From NCBI GenBank assembly GCA_965226375.1, contig CBDDCX010000006.1:320001-384000 (forward strand): 64,000 nucleotides of DNA, read 5' to 3'. Under the pieces are notes generated by a model. That model was not told the origin of the DNA. It was given only the letters and a program-made list of their open reading frames with translations, and did no database searches. Below, in pieces: positions 1-9,694 of the stretch (positions within the stretch are counted from its first letter, which is position 1; the number at the start of each line of letters is the position of its first letter). Source of the DNA: Longimicrobiales bacterium. GTDB lineage: Bacteria; Gemmatimonadota; Gemmatimonadetes; Longimicrobiales; Gaopeijiaceae. The position numbers and the translations under genes were made by a program.

Positions 1-654
1 CGCTCGTTGATTTCGGCCCTCAGCGTCACGCAGGTTGACGGACACGACGGCGTGAAACAGACCACGACGCGGCTCTTCCACAACATGTTCTCATTCGAGA
101 GCGGCGAGCGGCTGATGTTCAACACCCGCCGGCAGTTCGAGCGGCTCATCGAGCCTGCTTTCATCCAAGGACGTGAACTCGCCCCGGGCGACTACGATTT
201 CGTTTATGTGGACGGCTCGATCACTACCAACTCGAGTCGTACGTTCTCAGGGCGAGCCAGCCTCCGGGTGGGGGACTTCTGGGATGGCACGAGAACGGAC
301 TACGGCATCTCCGGATCGTGGAGGACGGGGCCGCACCTGACCCTCAACCCGTCCCTGAGCCGCAATGAGATCGACCTTCCGGTGGAGGATGGTCGCTTTT
401 CGACGACCGTGGTGGGGCTGCACGTGGTCGGGGCGGTCTCCCGCAAGTTGTTCGCCAACGCGCTGGTGCAGTGGGACGACGTCTCGAGAGAGCTTCAGGC
501 CAACATCCGTGTGGACTGGATCCACACGCCGGGCAGCGACCTGTTCATCGTTCTGAACACCGGGTACCAGACGGGCGACCTTCTGGATCCTCGAGATACT
601 CGGTGGCTCCAGCGCACGGGCGTGGTGAAGCTCACCTATCTGAAGGCGTTCTAG
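1..654 (+). CDS. C-terminal part of an outer-membrane beta-barrel protein (DUF5916-like), 5' partial
   Basis: Frame open from the window edge; amphipathic beta-strands; C-terminal ...PGSDLFIV...KLTYLKAF ending in Phe. Confidence 0.7.
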   Translation, partial: RSLISALSVTQVDGHDGVKQTTTRLFHNMFSFESGERLMFNTRRQFERLIEPAFIQGRELAPGDYDFVYVDGSITTNSSRTFSGRASLRVGDFWDGTRTDYGISGSWRTGPHLTLNPSLSRNEIDLPVEDGRFSTTVVGLHVVGAVSRKLFANALVQWDDVSRELQANIRVDWIHTPGSDLFIVLNTGYQTGDLLDPRDTRWLQRTGVVKLTYLKAF

Positions 655-808
655 TGTCCTGAGTTCGCCGGAAATGTGACCCGATGCATCCACCCTGGCC
701 GCGTTTCTCTTCCTCGCAATAGCCCTGCTATTACTCGTCATCGCGCCTTGCCAGGGCGGTGCCTCGGCCCCCTCGGTTCTGCGCCGGACTTCTGACTCAG
801 GACACTGG
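651..808. mobile_element. MITE-like palindromic element
   Basis: Perfect 12-bp terminal inverted repeat AGTGTCCTGAGT (653-664) / ACTCAGGACACT (795-806); CTAG and CTGG at the ends; nested internal stems; central AATAGC-cct-GCTATT hairpin. Confidence 0.7.
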
Positions 809-820
809 AGAGCTACAGAA

Positions 821-854
821 CGGCCCTCCGCTTGGGCATTTCGGGGGAGGGCCG
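821..854. terminator. Hairpin between convergent genes
   Basis: CGGCCCTCC / GGAGGGCCG stem; no strong U-tract. Confidence 0.45.
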
Positions 855-877
855 ATCCGTTGAGACCGCTCGGCGCG

Positions 878-2899
878 TTACGTCACCGGCCGCGGTCGCT
901 CCCACTTCTGGAACCACTTTCTGAGATAGAGTTGCGTCCGGAGAAAGTTCGAAGGTGTGGAGCTCGTGCCATGCCATTCGTTCTTGTAACGGACCATGAG
1001 CGAGGGCACGTCCAGAACGCGCAGCGCCTGATAGAACTCCTCGGTCTGCGGCATGGGCGTCCGGAGATCGCCTTCGCCCGTCATGAGCATGGTGGGCGTG
1101 GTCACGTTACCCACGTACATGAGCGGCGAGCGCCGCAGGTGCTCCGAGGGGTCGTCCCAGGGGTACTCCTCGAAGTTGCGATACCAGCCGGCTCCATCCG
1201 TGGTGCCCACGAACGACAGCCAGTTTGTTACGGGACAGTTCGCCGAGGCCGCGGCGAAGCGATCCGTGTGGCCCACGACCCACGACGTCAGGACCCCGCC
1301 ACCCGAGCACCCGTAGACGAACATGTTGTCCTCGTCGATGTACCCCTTCGCGATGACCTCGTCCACACCCGCCATGAGGTCGTCGAAGTCCTGCCCCGGG
1401 TAGGCGTTCTTGATCGCGTTTCCGAACTCGCTGCCGTATCCCGAGCTTCCCCGTGGGTTCGTGTAGAGCACCACGTATCCGTTCGCCGCGTGGTTCTGCC
1501 AACCGAAGTTGAATCCCACGTTGTACATGCCGTGTGGACCACCGTGGATGGAGAGCATCAGCGGATATTTCCGGGTCGGGTCGAAGTCAGGCGGCTTGAT
1601 GATCCATCCCTGGATGTCGTAGTCACCCACCGACTTGTACCAGATCTCCTCAACGTCACCCAGCGTGACGCCGGCGAGAACGTCTTGGTTCACCTTGGTG
1701 AGGCGACGCTTGGCCGTCGGGTCACCCAGTTCGAAGCTCACGATGTCCGCGGGGTCTTGATAGGTACTGAGGGTCCCCACGGCCGTCCCACGTGCGTCGA
1801 TGGACGTCATGGAGAGCATGTGGTTTCCGGTCGTGACGGCTCGCGGCTCACCATCGAGGGGCGCAAACCAGAGATTGGCCGTGCCACGCATGCTCGTGTT
1901 GAAATAGACTCCGCTACCGTCCGAGGCCCACGTCACGTTCCCCAGACCCCGGCCGAGCTCCTCGGCAAGGCGCCGTGGACCGGAGCCGTCGGCGTTCATC
2001 ACGTACAGCCCGTTTTCACGGTACGTATCCTCGTGAAAGTCCAGGCCCTGGTAAGCGATCAGGCGGCCGTCCGGGGAAGGCACCGGGCTCTGGTCCGGGC
2101 CGTGCCGCGTGGTGAGTTGGTTGATCATCCCGCCGGCGACGTCCACTTCGTAGATCTCGGACTCACGCCAGACGTACTCGGCCTTCTCGACCCTCAGCGC
2201 GCTGAACACGAGGCTGGACCCATCAGGCATCCACTCCGCCGCACTGTGATTCCAGTCGCCGTCCGTGAGTTGTCGAGGAGTGCCTCCCTCGGCCGGAACC
2301 AGGAAAACGTGGGTGTAGCCGTCATCGATGTACCCTCGGCGATCACGCCGGTACTGGAGGCGCTCCACCACCTTCGGGCTTCCCGTCCACTCCGCTCCAT
2401 CGGGCCGAGAGGGAAGCTCCACGCTCCACTCGCTCTCGGGAGACGCGACGGTCATGGTGAAGGCGACCTGAGTGCCATCCGGTGACCACCTCAGGTTTCC
2501 GGGAGAGTGCTCGACGCGAGTGATCTGGCTGGTGGCTCCTTCGGCGTCCATCCAGCGGATGAAGACCTGAGGGTCACCGGCGTCATCTTCGTCCGTGAAG
2601 ACGATACGTGAGCCATCCGGTGACCACCTCGGTGCTGAGCCGTCCACGAGGAAGCGGTTCCGGGACCCGTCGGCGTTCATGATCCAGACCGAGGAGCGTC
2701 GCTGATCCTCCATCTTGTCCACCCAGGCCCGCGTGTAGAGGATCTGGCTGCCGTCGGGGGAGATCTGCGGACCGCTCACCCACTCCCAATCGAGGTAGGT
2801 TGCCAGGCTGAGTGTCCCCTCGGGAGCCTGCGCGCTCGAGGCGGCCGGCAGAAGGAACAGAACGGTGAGCAGTGCGGACGCGCGGCCTCGGGTGAGCAT
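878..2899 (-). CDS. S9 family (prolyl oligopeptidase/acylaminoacyl peptidase-like) secreted peptidase
   Basis: ATG 2899 with GAGGAGG RBS; signal peptide; PD40-like SPDG repeats; HGGP, GCSGGG nucleophile motif, D-L-R-T, H-G. Confidence 0.9.
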   Translation of the reverse strand: MLTRGRASALLTVLFLLPAASSAQAPEGTLSLATYLDWEWVSGPQISPDGSQILYTRAWVDKMEDQRRSSVWIMNADGSRNRFLVDGSAPRWSPDGSRIVFTDEDDAGDPQVFIRWMDAEGATSQITRVEHSPGNLRWSPDGTQVAFTMTVASPESEWSVELPSRPDGAEWTGSPKVVERLQYRRDRRGYIDDGYTHVFLVPAEGGTPRQLTDGDWNHSAAEWMPDGSSLVFSALRVEKAEYVWRESEIYEVDVAGGMINQLTTRHGPDQSPVPSPDGRLIAYQGLDFHEDTYRENGLYVMNADGSGPRRLAEELGRGLGNVTWASDGSGVYFNTSMRGTANLWFAPLDGEPRAVTTGNHMLSMTSIDARGTAVGTLSTYQDPADIVSFELGDPTAKRRLTKVNQDVLAGVTLGDVEEIWYKSVGDYDIQGWIIKPPDFDPTRKYPLMLSIHGGPHGMYNVGFNFGWQNHAANGYVVLYTNPRGSSGYGSEFGNAIKNAYPGQDFDDLMAGVDEVIAKGYIDEDNMFVYGCSGGGVLTSWVVGHTDRFAAASANCPVTNWLSFVGTTDGAGWYRNFEEYPWDDPSEHLRRSPLMYVGNVTTPTMLMTGEGDLRTPMPQTEEFYQALRVLDVPSLMVRYKNEWHGTSSTPSNFLRTQLYLRKWFQKWERPRPVT

Positions 2900-3083
2900 G
2901 AAGGCCTCCTCAGTTGATGGCGCGGATCGGTGCAGGCGGCGAGATGGGATCGCCGTCTTACTGAACCGCCCAACATAGAGGCCGGGGAGCCGGGCAACCA
3001 GTTTTCCGCTGTCAAGGGTTGACGACATGATTCTTCAACGACCATTTGAAGTCCCTTCGAGCCCCGATCCAGCAGGAGGAAAC

Positions 3084-5164
3084 ATGAGCGCGCATGACTC
3101 CACCCCGATACGGATAGCCGGCACATGGCGAATTCCCGTGGTGTTAACGCTGTGCGCTCTGCTCTCCAGTCCGCTCCTGGGGTCGGGAGAAGTCACGGCC
3201 CAAGAAGGCGGCCGGCCCTTGACGATCGAGGATTTCTACAGCATCCGCACTATCGCTACGCCTGTCATTTCTCACGACGGTGACTGGGTGGCTTACTCCG
3301 TTGTCTCCAGAGTAGAGGAGGACAACTCCAGCTCGAGCGAGGTGTGGGTGGCCGCCACATCAGGCGATCCGGCGCCGAGACGCATCAGCCCGGCGGGTGT
3401 GCAAGCTGCCAGCCCTGCTTGGGGTCCGGATGGGCTATTGCGGTACGTGTCGGGGGAGAGCGCGTTTGCGGTGGCTCCCGACTCACGACCCGGGTCTCGG
3501 AACGTGCTGCGTCCTGAAGCTCTCAGCGTCATCCCTGCTCCGAACGGGAGTATGGTGGCGTCTCTCGTGGCCGCGAAGGCGCCGAAGGTCGAGGTGATGT
3601 ACGCTTCGGACTTCGAGCGCCGCCACGAGGAGCGGTTCGACGGTCGAACGTGGGACTGGATGTACTTCCAACGGGATCGTCAGCCCCTGCCTACGATCGA
3701 TCCCACCGATCCTGCCGCGACTCCGCCTCTCGAAGTCGCTATCGCCGAGGCGCCAGGGGCACCGGAGCGGATTCTGACCGACTTGGCGCTCCGACCCCGT
3801 GGTGTGAGCTGGCGGCCGGACGGCGGGGCCCTGGTTTTCGCCGCCGACTCCGCGTACCGCGACGAGTGGACGTACGGGCGCGGCGACCTGTGGACCGTGT
3901 CCGTCGATGGTCAGGTGAATCGCCTGACTCGGGACATGCGTTACTCCTTGGGTCAGCCTGTGTACTCGCCGGACGGAAGCAGGATCGCTTTTGTGAGCCG
4001 GTATGCCACGGACTGGGTCATCGCGGAGCGGATCGGTCACGGTGGGCCGACGGACCTCATGGTCCTCGATCCGTCGAGCGGTGAGTCCGTGAACCTCACA
4101 GCGGATTGGGACCTGCGCCCTGGGGCCCCTCGGTGGAGCCCGGACGGAGGTCACCTCTACTTCATGGCTGGGATCGGCGGAGAGACTCACCTTTTCCGGG
4201 CCGCCTCGGTAGGCTCACTATGGACGACCGCATGTCGAAGATCGCCTATCTGGTCGGGCGCTTCGATGCTCCGTCGGAGCTGTTCGTTGCAAACCTGGAC
4301 GGGAGTGCGGAGCGTCAGCTGACCCACCTCCACGACCGTCTCACCCAGGAGATCGCGTTCGGATCAGCAGAGCGCATACGCTTCCCGAGCTACGATGGGA
4401 CGGAGATCGAGGGGTGGGTCATGGTGCCGTATGGATATGATCCCGCCCAGGGACCTTACCCGCTGATCGTGCATAGCCACGGTGGCCCTCACTCGGCCTC
4501 GGGCTACGGGTTCAACTTCAAGCACCAGCTCTTCGCGGCAAACGGGTACGTCGTCCTGCAGACCAACTACCGGAGCTCCACTGGTTACGGAGAGGATTTT
4601 CTGTGGGCCACCTGGGGTGCGTGGGGAGACAAGGACGGAGAGGACGTGATGTCTGGTGTTGACTACGTCCTGGCCCACTATCCGACAGACCCGGACCGGG
4701 TCGCCACCATTGGCCATTCCTACGGCGGATTCATGAGCAACTGGCTCATCACGCGATACCCCGATCGCTTTGCGGCTGCCGCCGTGGGGGCCGGAATCTC
4801 GAACTGGATGAGCGATTACGGGACTGCGGATGTCACCCGTACTAAGGAGACGGAGTTCTTCGGGACCCCTTGGACCGAAGAGGGTAGGGAGCGGCTACTC
4901 CGGCAGTCTCCCCTCATCTATGCCGACCAGGCTCAGGCGGCAACGCTGTTTCTGCACGGCGAACTGGATCACCGGGTACCCTTCGAGGAAGGCGAGCAGA
5001 TGTACTTTGCCCTGAAGAAGAACGGGGTGCCGGCCAAGTTTCTTCTCTACAATGACCAGCCTCACGGGATCGGTGGCCATTGGAACCAGGTGCATCGGGC
5101 CATGAACGAGCTCAGGTGGTTCGACCGGTACCTGAAGGCGCCGATGGCAATCAGCCTGCGGTAG
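3084..5164 (+). pseudogene. S9 family peptidase, frameshifted near 4200-4215
   Basis: AGGAGG-ATG at 3084; propeller part in ORF 3027-4322; catalytic part (HGGP, GHSYGG, DHRV, HG) in ORF 4106-5164 in another frame. Confidence 0.8.
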
Positions 5165-5256
5165 GCCGATGCGGATGGGACGCGCCGGTCGCCGGCCGCT
5201 TTGCAGGGTCGCCGTGACGGGTCTAGAGATCTGCTAAAGAAGCACGGCGGGACGTA

Positions 5257-6096
5257 TCAGGAGATCCGCGACCGGTCCGTGAGATAGACGAGCCGAGAGG
5301 AGAGGTCGGCCTGTGAGGCGTCCTTCAAGGACGGAGACAAGGATCCGAGTAACTCGCTGAGGGCAGTCGTGGCGAAGGAGAACCCCACCCGACGTGATGC
5401 TCCCGCCGGCGCGACCAACCTGGCATTACGGCGTAGCCTCATGTCCACGAGACGCCTATCCAGATAAGCGTTGTCGAAACGGGCCTCGAACTGCTGCACC
5501 ACGTTCGAGATGGCGGATGGTCCCGCCATTTCGTCCGGTATACCGAACACACCGGTCAGACCCTTGACGATGGAGTGCCTGAGCAAGCCAGCGTCTGAAG
5601 GCACGTAGAGGTCGAGAAAGGCCGGGAACGCGTCCTCGGCGCTCTCTGCGCCGAGATTCGGGGTACGGCGCCTCATGCGTCCTCCGCTCGAGATCGCTCG
5701 CAACGAGGTTCCGGTCCGCTGTGTTCGTCCTTCCGCGGGCTGGGGCCGACCGAATGCACCGACGACGGCAGAGCCGTAGGAGACCATCAGCTCCGAGCCA
5801 TCGAGGCCGATAAGAAGACCGTCCTCTTCGAAGGTCACGGACATCGCAGGCTCCTGAGGGGGCACTCCGACGAGATCCGCACTGTCCACCAGGACGGCCC
5901 TGAGCCCCGCCTCCGCCAGAGCAGCCGCGGTCTCTTCGAGAGCCTTGCGGTCGTGTTCCGTAAACCAGATTTCTGGCACGGGGTAATTGGCCTTCATGCG
6001 CACTTCGGCCGCAGTGAGGCCGAAAAGTGCTGCGGCGGCCATCGCATCTACCTCATCATGAGGCGGATTCGATATCAGCAAGGGGGCGGGATCCAT
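5257..6096 (-). CDS. Hypothetical protein
   Basis: 279-aa ORF with normal composition, co-oriented with upstream genes. Confidence 0.65.
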   Translation of the reverse strand: MDPAPLLISNPPHDEVDAMAAAALFGLTAAEVRMKANYPVPEIWFTEHDRKALEETAAALAEAGLRAVLVDSADLVGVPPQEPAMSVTFEEDGLLIGLDGSELMVSYGSAVVGAFGRPQPAEGRTQRTGTSLRAISSGGRMRRRTPNLGAESAEDAFPAFLDLYVPSDAGLLRHSIVKGLTGVFGIPDEMAGPSAISNVVQQFEARFDNAYLDRRLVDMRLRRNARLVAPAGASRRVGFSFATTALSELLGSLSPSLKDASQADLSSRLVYLTDRSRIS

Positions 6097-6167
6097 ATTT
6101 TCAAGCTAATCCGTTTTTGGGACGCCCGCCAAGGAAAATCCGCGGCTCCCTGGTCCTTCGCGCGCTC

Positions 6168-7166
6168 TCAGCGCGCTAGTCCTACCACCTCGCCGTCCAA
6201 GTTCCAAGCCGGGTCGATCGTGATACCCAGATGTGCGAGCGCGGTGACCGGAATGTCTACGATGGAGGGCGTGCCCTCGAGGGATCCCACCGTGGTCGAC
6301 GGCCCGCTGGCGAGGTAGAAGATCGTGCGTTCCTCTGGAGTGTCTCCGCCGTGCCCGCCCTCGGGCGTGCGTCCGTGGTCCGTGCTCATGAGAATGAGCC
6401 AGTCCTCCTGAGCGTAGGTCGGCCGTGCCCTGACCGCCGCTAGCAGCCGACCGACGTGCTCGTCGGACAGAGCGATCGCGCCCCGGTACTCCTCGCCGAT
6501 GGATTCGAAGTGGTGGCTGGTCTCGTCGGGGTTGCCCAGGTAGACGAACATCGCGTCGGGATCACCGGACCCCAAGTGTTCGACTGCCAGCTCCACGGAG
6601 TGATCGTCCGCCTCGGCCCAGCCCAGATCGTAGCCATTGAGGATGTGCTTCACGTCCGGAGCGTCACCGATGATGGGTCCGTTGTGGTCGTCCGTGACGA
6701 TGGGGAGCCAGTCGGCTACCGCGAAGGTGTTCAGCTCGGGTCGCACGGATTCGATGCGCGTCAGGAAGTCCGGGTACTCATCGTAGTGCTTGTTCTCGAA
6801 GTCGTTGTTCGTGACCCCGTGCTTTTCCGGCCAGACCCCGATGAGCATGCTCGACCAGCCGGGCCCACTCACGCTGGGGTAGCCGGTTCGTGCGTCGGCA
6901 CTGAACGCGCCTTGGTCGATCAGGGCGTCGATGTTGGGGGTCTCGACCTGTGCGAGCACATCGGGGCGCACGCCGTCCAGTCCGATGAGGAGCACTTTCT
7001 TGCGAAGGTCGTTCGACGAGGGGCTCGCGCCACTGCCTGCAACCGCACCACCGACCTCTGCCTCCGCGCCCGACTCCGGCGCCGAGCACGCCTGAATTCC
7101 CAGTGCGAGCGGGACGATCATGCAGGCGACACACAAACGGTCCAGCACTCTGACTCGGTTCATCAT
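6168..7166 (-). CDS. Alkaline phosphatase superfamily lipoprotein (nucleotide pyrophosphatase/phosphodiesterase-like)
   Basis: IGLDGVRPD, SGPGW, DETSH and TDHG motifs; lipobox IQAC. Confidence 0.85.
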   Translation of the reverse strand: MMNRVRVLDRLCVACMIVPLALGIQACSAPESGAEAEVGGAVAGSGASPSSNDLRKKVLLIGLDGVRPDVLAQVETPNIDALIDQGAFSADARTGYPSVSGPGWSSMLIGVWPEKHGVTNNDFENKHYDEYPDFLTRIESVRPELNTFAVADWLPIVTDDHNGPIIGDAPDVKHILNGYDLGWAEADDHSVELAVEHLGSGDPDAMFVYLGNPDETSHHFESIGEEYRGAIALSDEHVGRLLAAVRARPTYAQEDWLILMSTDHGRTPEGGHGGDTPEERTIFYLASGPSTTVGSLEGTPSIVDIPVTALAHLGITIDPAWNLDGEVVGLAR

Positions 7167-8446
7167 GCAGATACCCCCTCGAGAATCTGACGAAGCTTGT
7201 TTGCCACGATCTCCTCTTCGCCTGATGCGAGCATAAACACGGAGATCACGAATCCGCCCTCACCCGTGCCGTGGACACGAGCTGTCACGATCGAGGGATC
7301 GCCCTCCGCCAGAGCCGTCTTCATCTGATCCGGCGTCACGCCCAACCGCTCTTCATCCCACCGTATGAGCAGGTGTGGCACCTCGTTCGCTATGAGCGGC
7401 ATCACGGTTTCGAACGTGGTGGTCGGAACGTCCCGTAGGGCATCGGCGATGAACGCGATGCGGCGCCGAAACTCACGGTCTTCGGCCTCCATATCCAGGC
7501 TCATGAACCGCTCCACCGTAGCCCACATGGCCACCATGTCTTCCTTACTCACTTTCATGCCGCGACCGATGTTCCAGCAGCGGGGCGCCGTGTTCAGCTT
7601 GGCGGTCTCGATGAGGTCGCGACGACCCAGGAGCAGGCCGGTGTCCTGGGGTCCACGCATGGCTTTCCCACCGCTGAAGATCACCATGTCGTAGCCCATG
7701 TTCACGTATTCCCACAGCCGCTCTCGGGGCGGCGTATCGGCGGCTGCGTCGATCAGGGTGGGAATGCCGCGGCCGCGGGCTACCTCGACCCACTCCTCCC
7801 GCGAAATCTGCCCCTCCTCTTCCAGGAAGTTGTAGGACAGCATCATGACCGTGCGGTCGTTTATGGCCCGTTCCAGATCTGCACGGGTCTCCACGTCCAC
7901 CAGCTTCACGCCGCTCGCCTTGACCTGGTTGTCGTAGCAGTCCACGTGAGAGGCTTGGCGGATGACTTCGAGTCCCCTCTCCGGGGGGAGCGGGAGCTCT
8001 CGGATGAGGTCATGGTCCTTGTACGTCACGGCGGCGGCGGTTCCGAGCATGATGCCTCCTGCCGCTCCCGACGTGACGAGCGCCGCCTCCACGCCCAAGC
8101 GCGCGGCGATTCGCTCGCCCACCCGGTCCTGGAGGGTGCGGAGATCGATGAAATGCTTGGAGGCTTCGATCCAGGCCGGGGTCACCTCGGGAGGCATGAG
8201 GGAGCCGCCCCAGTTGGTGATCGTGCCGGCCGCGTTGATGATGGGCTCGAGCCCCAGGGCTTCGTAAACACTGGGGCTCTGCGCCGCCGAGCCGCCGGCT
8301 CCCATGGCACTGGAAGCGGTCAGTCTGGCGGTCACATCGGCGGGACCTTCGCCGCCGGTGAGCCCGGCCGGAGCCACCACGCCCAGTACTGCTGCTCCTG
8401 CCCCCGTCTTCAGTGCGGCGCGGCGCGTCATCGGGTGTCGGCTCAT
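7163..8446 (-). CDS. SelA/DgaE-like PLP-dependent enzyme with Tat-like leader
   Basis: IINAAGTIT-GGS, IDAAA, FSGGK(PLP)AMRGPQ, GRGMKV; N-terminal TRRAALK; RBS before ATG 8446. Confidence 0.8.
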   Translation of the reverse strand: MSRHPMTRRAALKTGAGAAVLGVVAPAGLTGGEGPADVTARLTASSAMGAGGSAAQSPSVYEALGLEPIINAAGTITNWGGSLMPPEVTPAWIEASKHFIDLRTLQDRVGERIAARLGVEAALVTSGAAGGIMLGTAAAVTYKDHDLIRELPLPPERGLEVIRQASHVDCYDNQVKASGVKLVDVETRADLERAINDRTVMMLSYNFLEEEGQISREEWVEVARGRGIPTLIDAAADTPPRERLWEYVNMGYDMVIFSGGKAMRGPQDTGLLLGRRDLIETAKLNTAPRCWNIGRGMKVSKEDMVAMWATVERFMSLDMEAEDREFRRRIAFIADALRDVPTTTFETVMPLIANEVPHLLIRWDEERLGVTPDQMKTALAEGDPSIVTARVHGTGEGGFVISVFMLASGEEEIVANKLRQILEGVSA

Positions 8447-8691
8447 GGTTCCTCTCCTGCTCTCACGATTGGTCGGGCGTTTCTCGGACGGGCTGAGGAC
8501 GACCCACTCTCGCCCCGGAGCACCGAAAGCGCTCTGGTCGAGGGGGACAGTGTAATCTGGCCCCCCCCTTGATTGCCACCTTCTCCGTTGTTGGCTCCAT
8601 ACCCAGCGCTCCATTCCATCGCCCCACCCGCCGAGGATCTTGAGGGTCTTGGACCCAACGTTATGCCACAGCCGTAGTTGATCATGATCGT

Positions 8692-8703
8692 TGACCATGG
8701 TCA
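8692..8703. promoter_or_regulatory. Palindromic operator candidate upstream of the antitoxin remnant
   Basis: Perfect palindrome TGACCATGGTCA about 20 nt before ATG 8725 in an AT-richer patch. Confidence 0.5.
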
Positions 8704-8724
8704 TCTATTTCTTAGATTCCGATC

Positions 8725-8774
8725 ATGAAGGAAGACATCGAGGTAATGGCCATCTCGAAGTTCAAGGCCACGTG
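8725..8774 (+). pseudogene. Phd/YefM antitoxin N-terminal remnant
   Basis: Translates MKEDIEVMAISKFKAT, resembling Phd-family N-termini; then runs into the antisense of another gene (stop at 8826). Not in the ORF track. Confidence 0.6.
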
Positions 8775-8977
8775 GCGAACGAGAGCCCCACGATCACGCC
8801 GGCGATACCCTCTCCACCGACGGTGACCGTACCGCTGATGGACCCCGAGACAGGTTGCGAGCCGCCCGAATCACCCCCTCCGCACAGAGGTCCGCTCACA
8901 CAGTCGCTCCCGGAACAACCCGCGAGGAACAGCGCGAGGCCGATCAGCTTCGCGAGCCGGTATGAGGGAGAGGACAC
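8775..8977 (-). pseudogene. Truncated lipoprotein (N-terminus only)
   Basis: Lipobox FLAGC, Gly/Ser linker, ISGTVTVGGEGIAGVIV beta-sandwich start, then abrupt end. Confidence 0.55.
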
Positions 8978-9231
8978 TAGATGACCTTGTATTCGATGTC
9001 GACCGGCCCGGTCTCCGAGAAGGCGCCACCCAGGCGAATGGTCCCGTTCCCCTGAAGCAGGACCTCATCACGGTGGATGAAAATCTCGGTTCCGCCGTCG
9101 GGCAGCACGTACGTGCCGTTCGTGCTGTGGTCGGACAGATAGAACCGGCCGCTACGTGCCGAGATCATGGCGTGGGTGCGAGACGCCCCAGTGTCCGGTA
9201 CGACTAAAGCGTTGCGCGTCCCGCGACCCAG
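8977..9231 (-). pseudogene. FHA domain, C-terminal fragment of a larger protein
   Basis: LGRGTRNALVVPDTGASRTHAMI...DHSTNGTYV contains the GR, SRxHA and STNGT FHA motifs; no proper start. Confidence 0.75.
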
Positions 9232-9694
9232 AGGCGGCGGCTGCCACGAGGAGCGAGAACACGATGAGCGGCAGCAGCGCCCCCTCGGCTGCGGACGCGA
9301 AGGGGTTCGCTGGGATGAGGCGCATAACGAAGTCCAGGAGTCCCGGAATCTCGGGAGGTGCCTCGCCGGTCGTGACGACCTGGACCGACACGGGCCAGAT
9401 TCCGAGCGCGACCCTCATGAAGGTCATGCCTATGACGATGGCGGGGATCGTGGTTCCCCAGAAGAAGCCGAGCGCCGAGCCCCCCAGCTTTCCTACCGTC
9501 TTGGGATTCCCGAGTCGGGCCACGCCCACGAAGATCGTTGTGACTACGAGCGGGATCACGACCATGCGGATCGCGTTGATGAACAGGGTGCCCAGCGGAG
9601 CGACACCCTCCGCGAACCGGTCCAGGATGCCGATGTCGGTGGCGGCGGGGACGAGCCCCAGGATCAGGCCGAGAGCCGTAGCGAGATGGTTCAA
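9232..9694 (-). pseudogene. Dicarboxylate/amino acid:cation symporter (DAACS), N-terminal third only
   Basis: LGTLFINAIRMVVIPLV, LIPANPF, LPLIVFSLL; joined out of frame to the FHA fragment. Confidence 0.8.

Noticed and set aside
860..2485. Long antisense ORFs (also 56602-58350, 46608-47897, 18095-19303, 35704-36891)
   Set aside because: Shadows of well-supported genes on the opposite strand in GC-rich DNA; no recognisable motifs
7163..8446. True selA / selenocysteine system
   Set aside because: No selB, selC or selD nearby; the leader and motifs fit the SelA-like family
8650..8670. Integron attC site (CCCAAC-GTTATGC)
   Set aside because: No intervening L-box stem, no other attC sites and no integron integrase in the window
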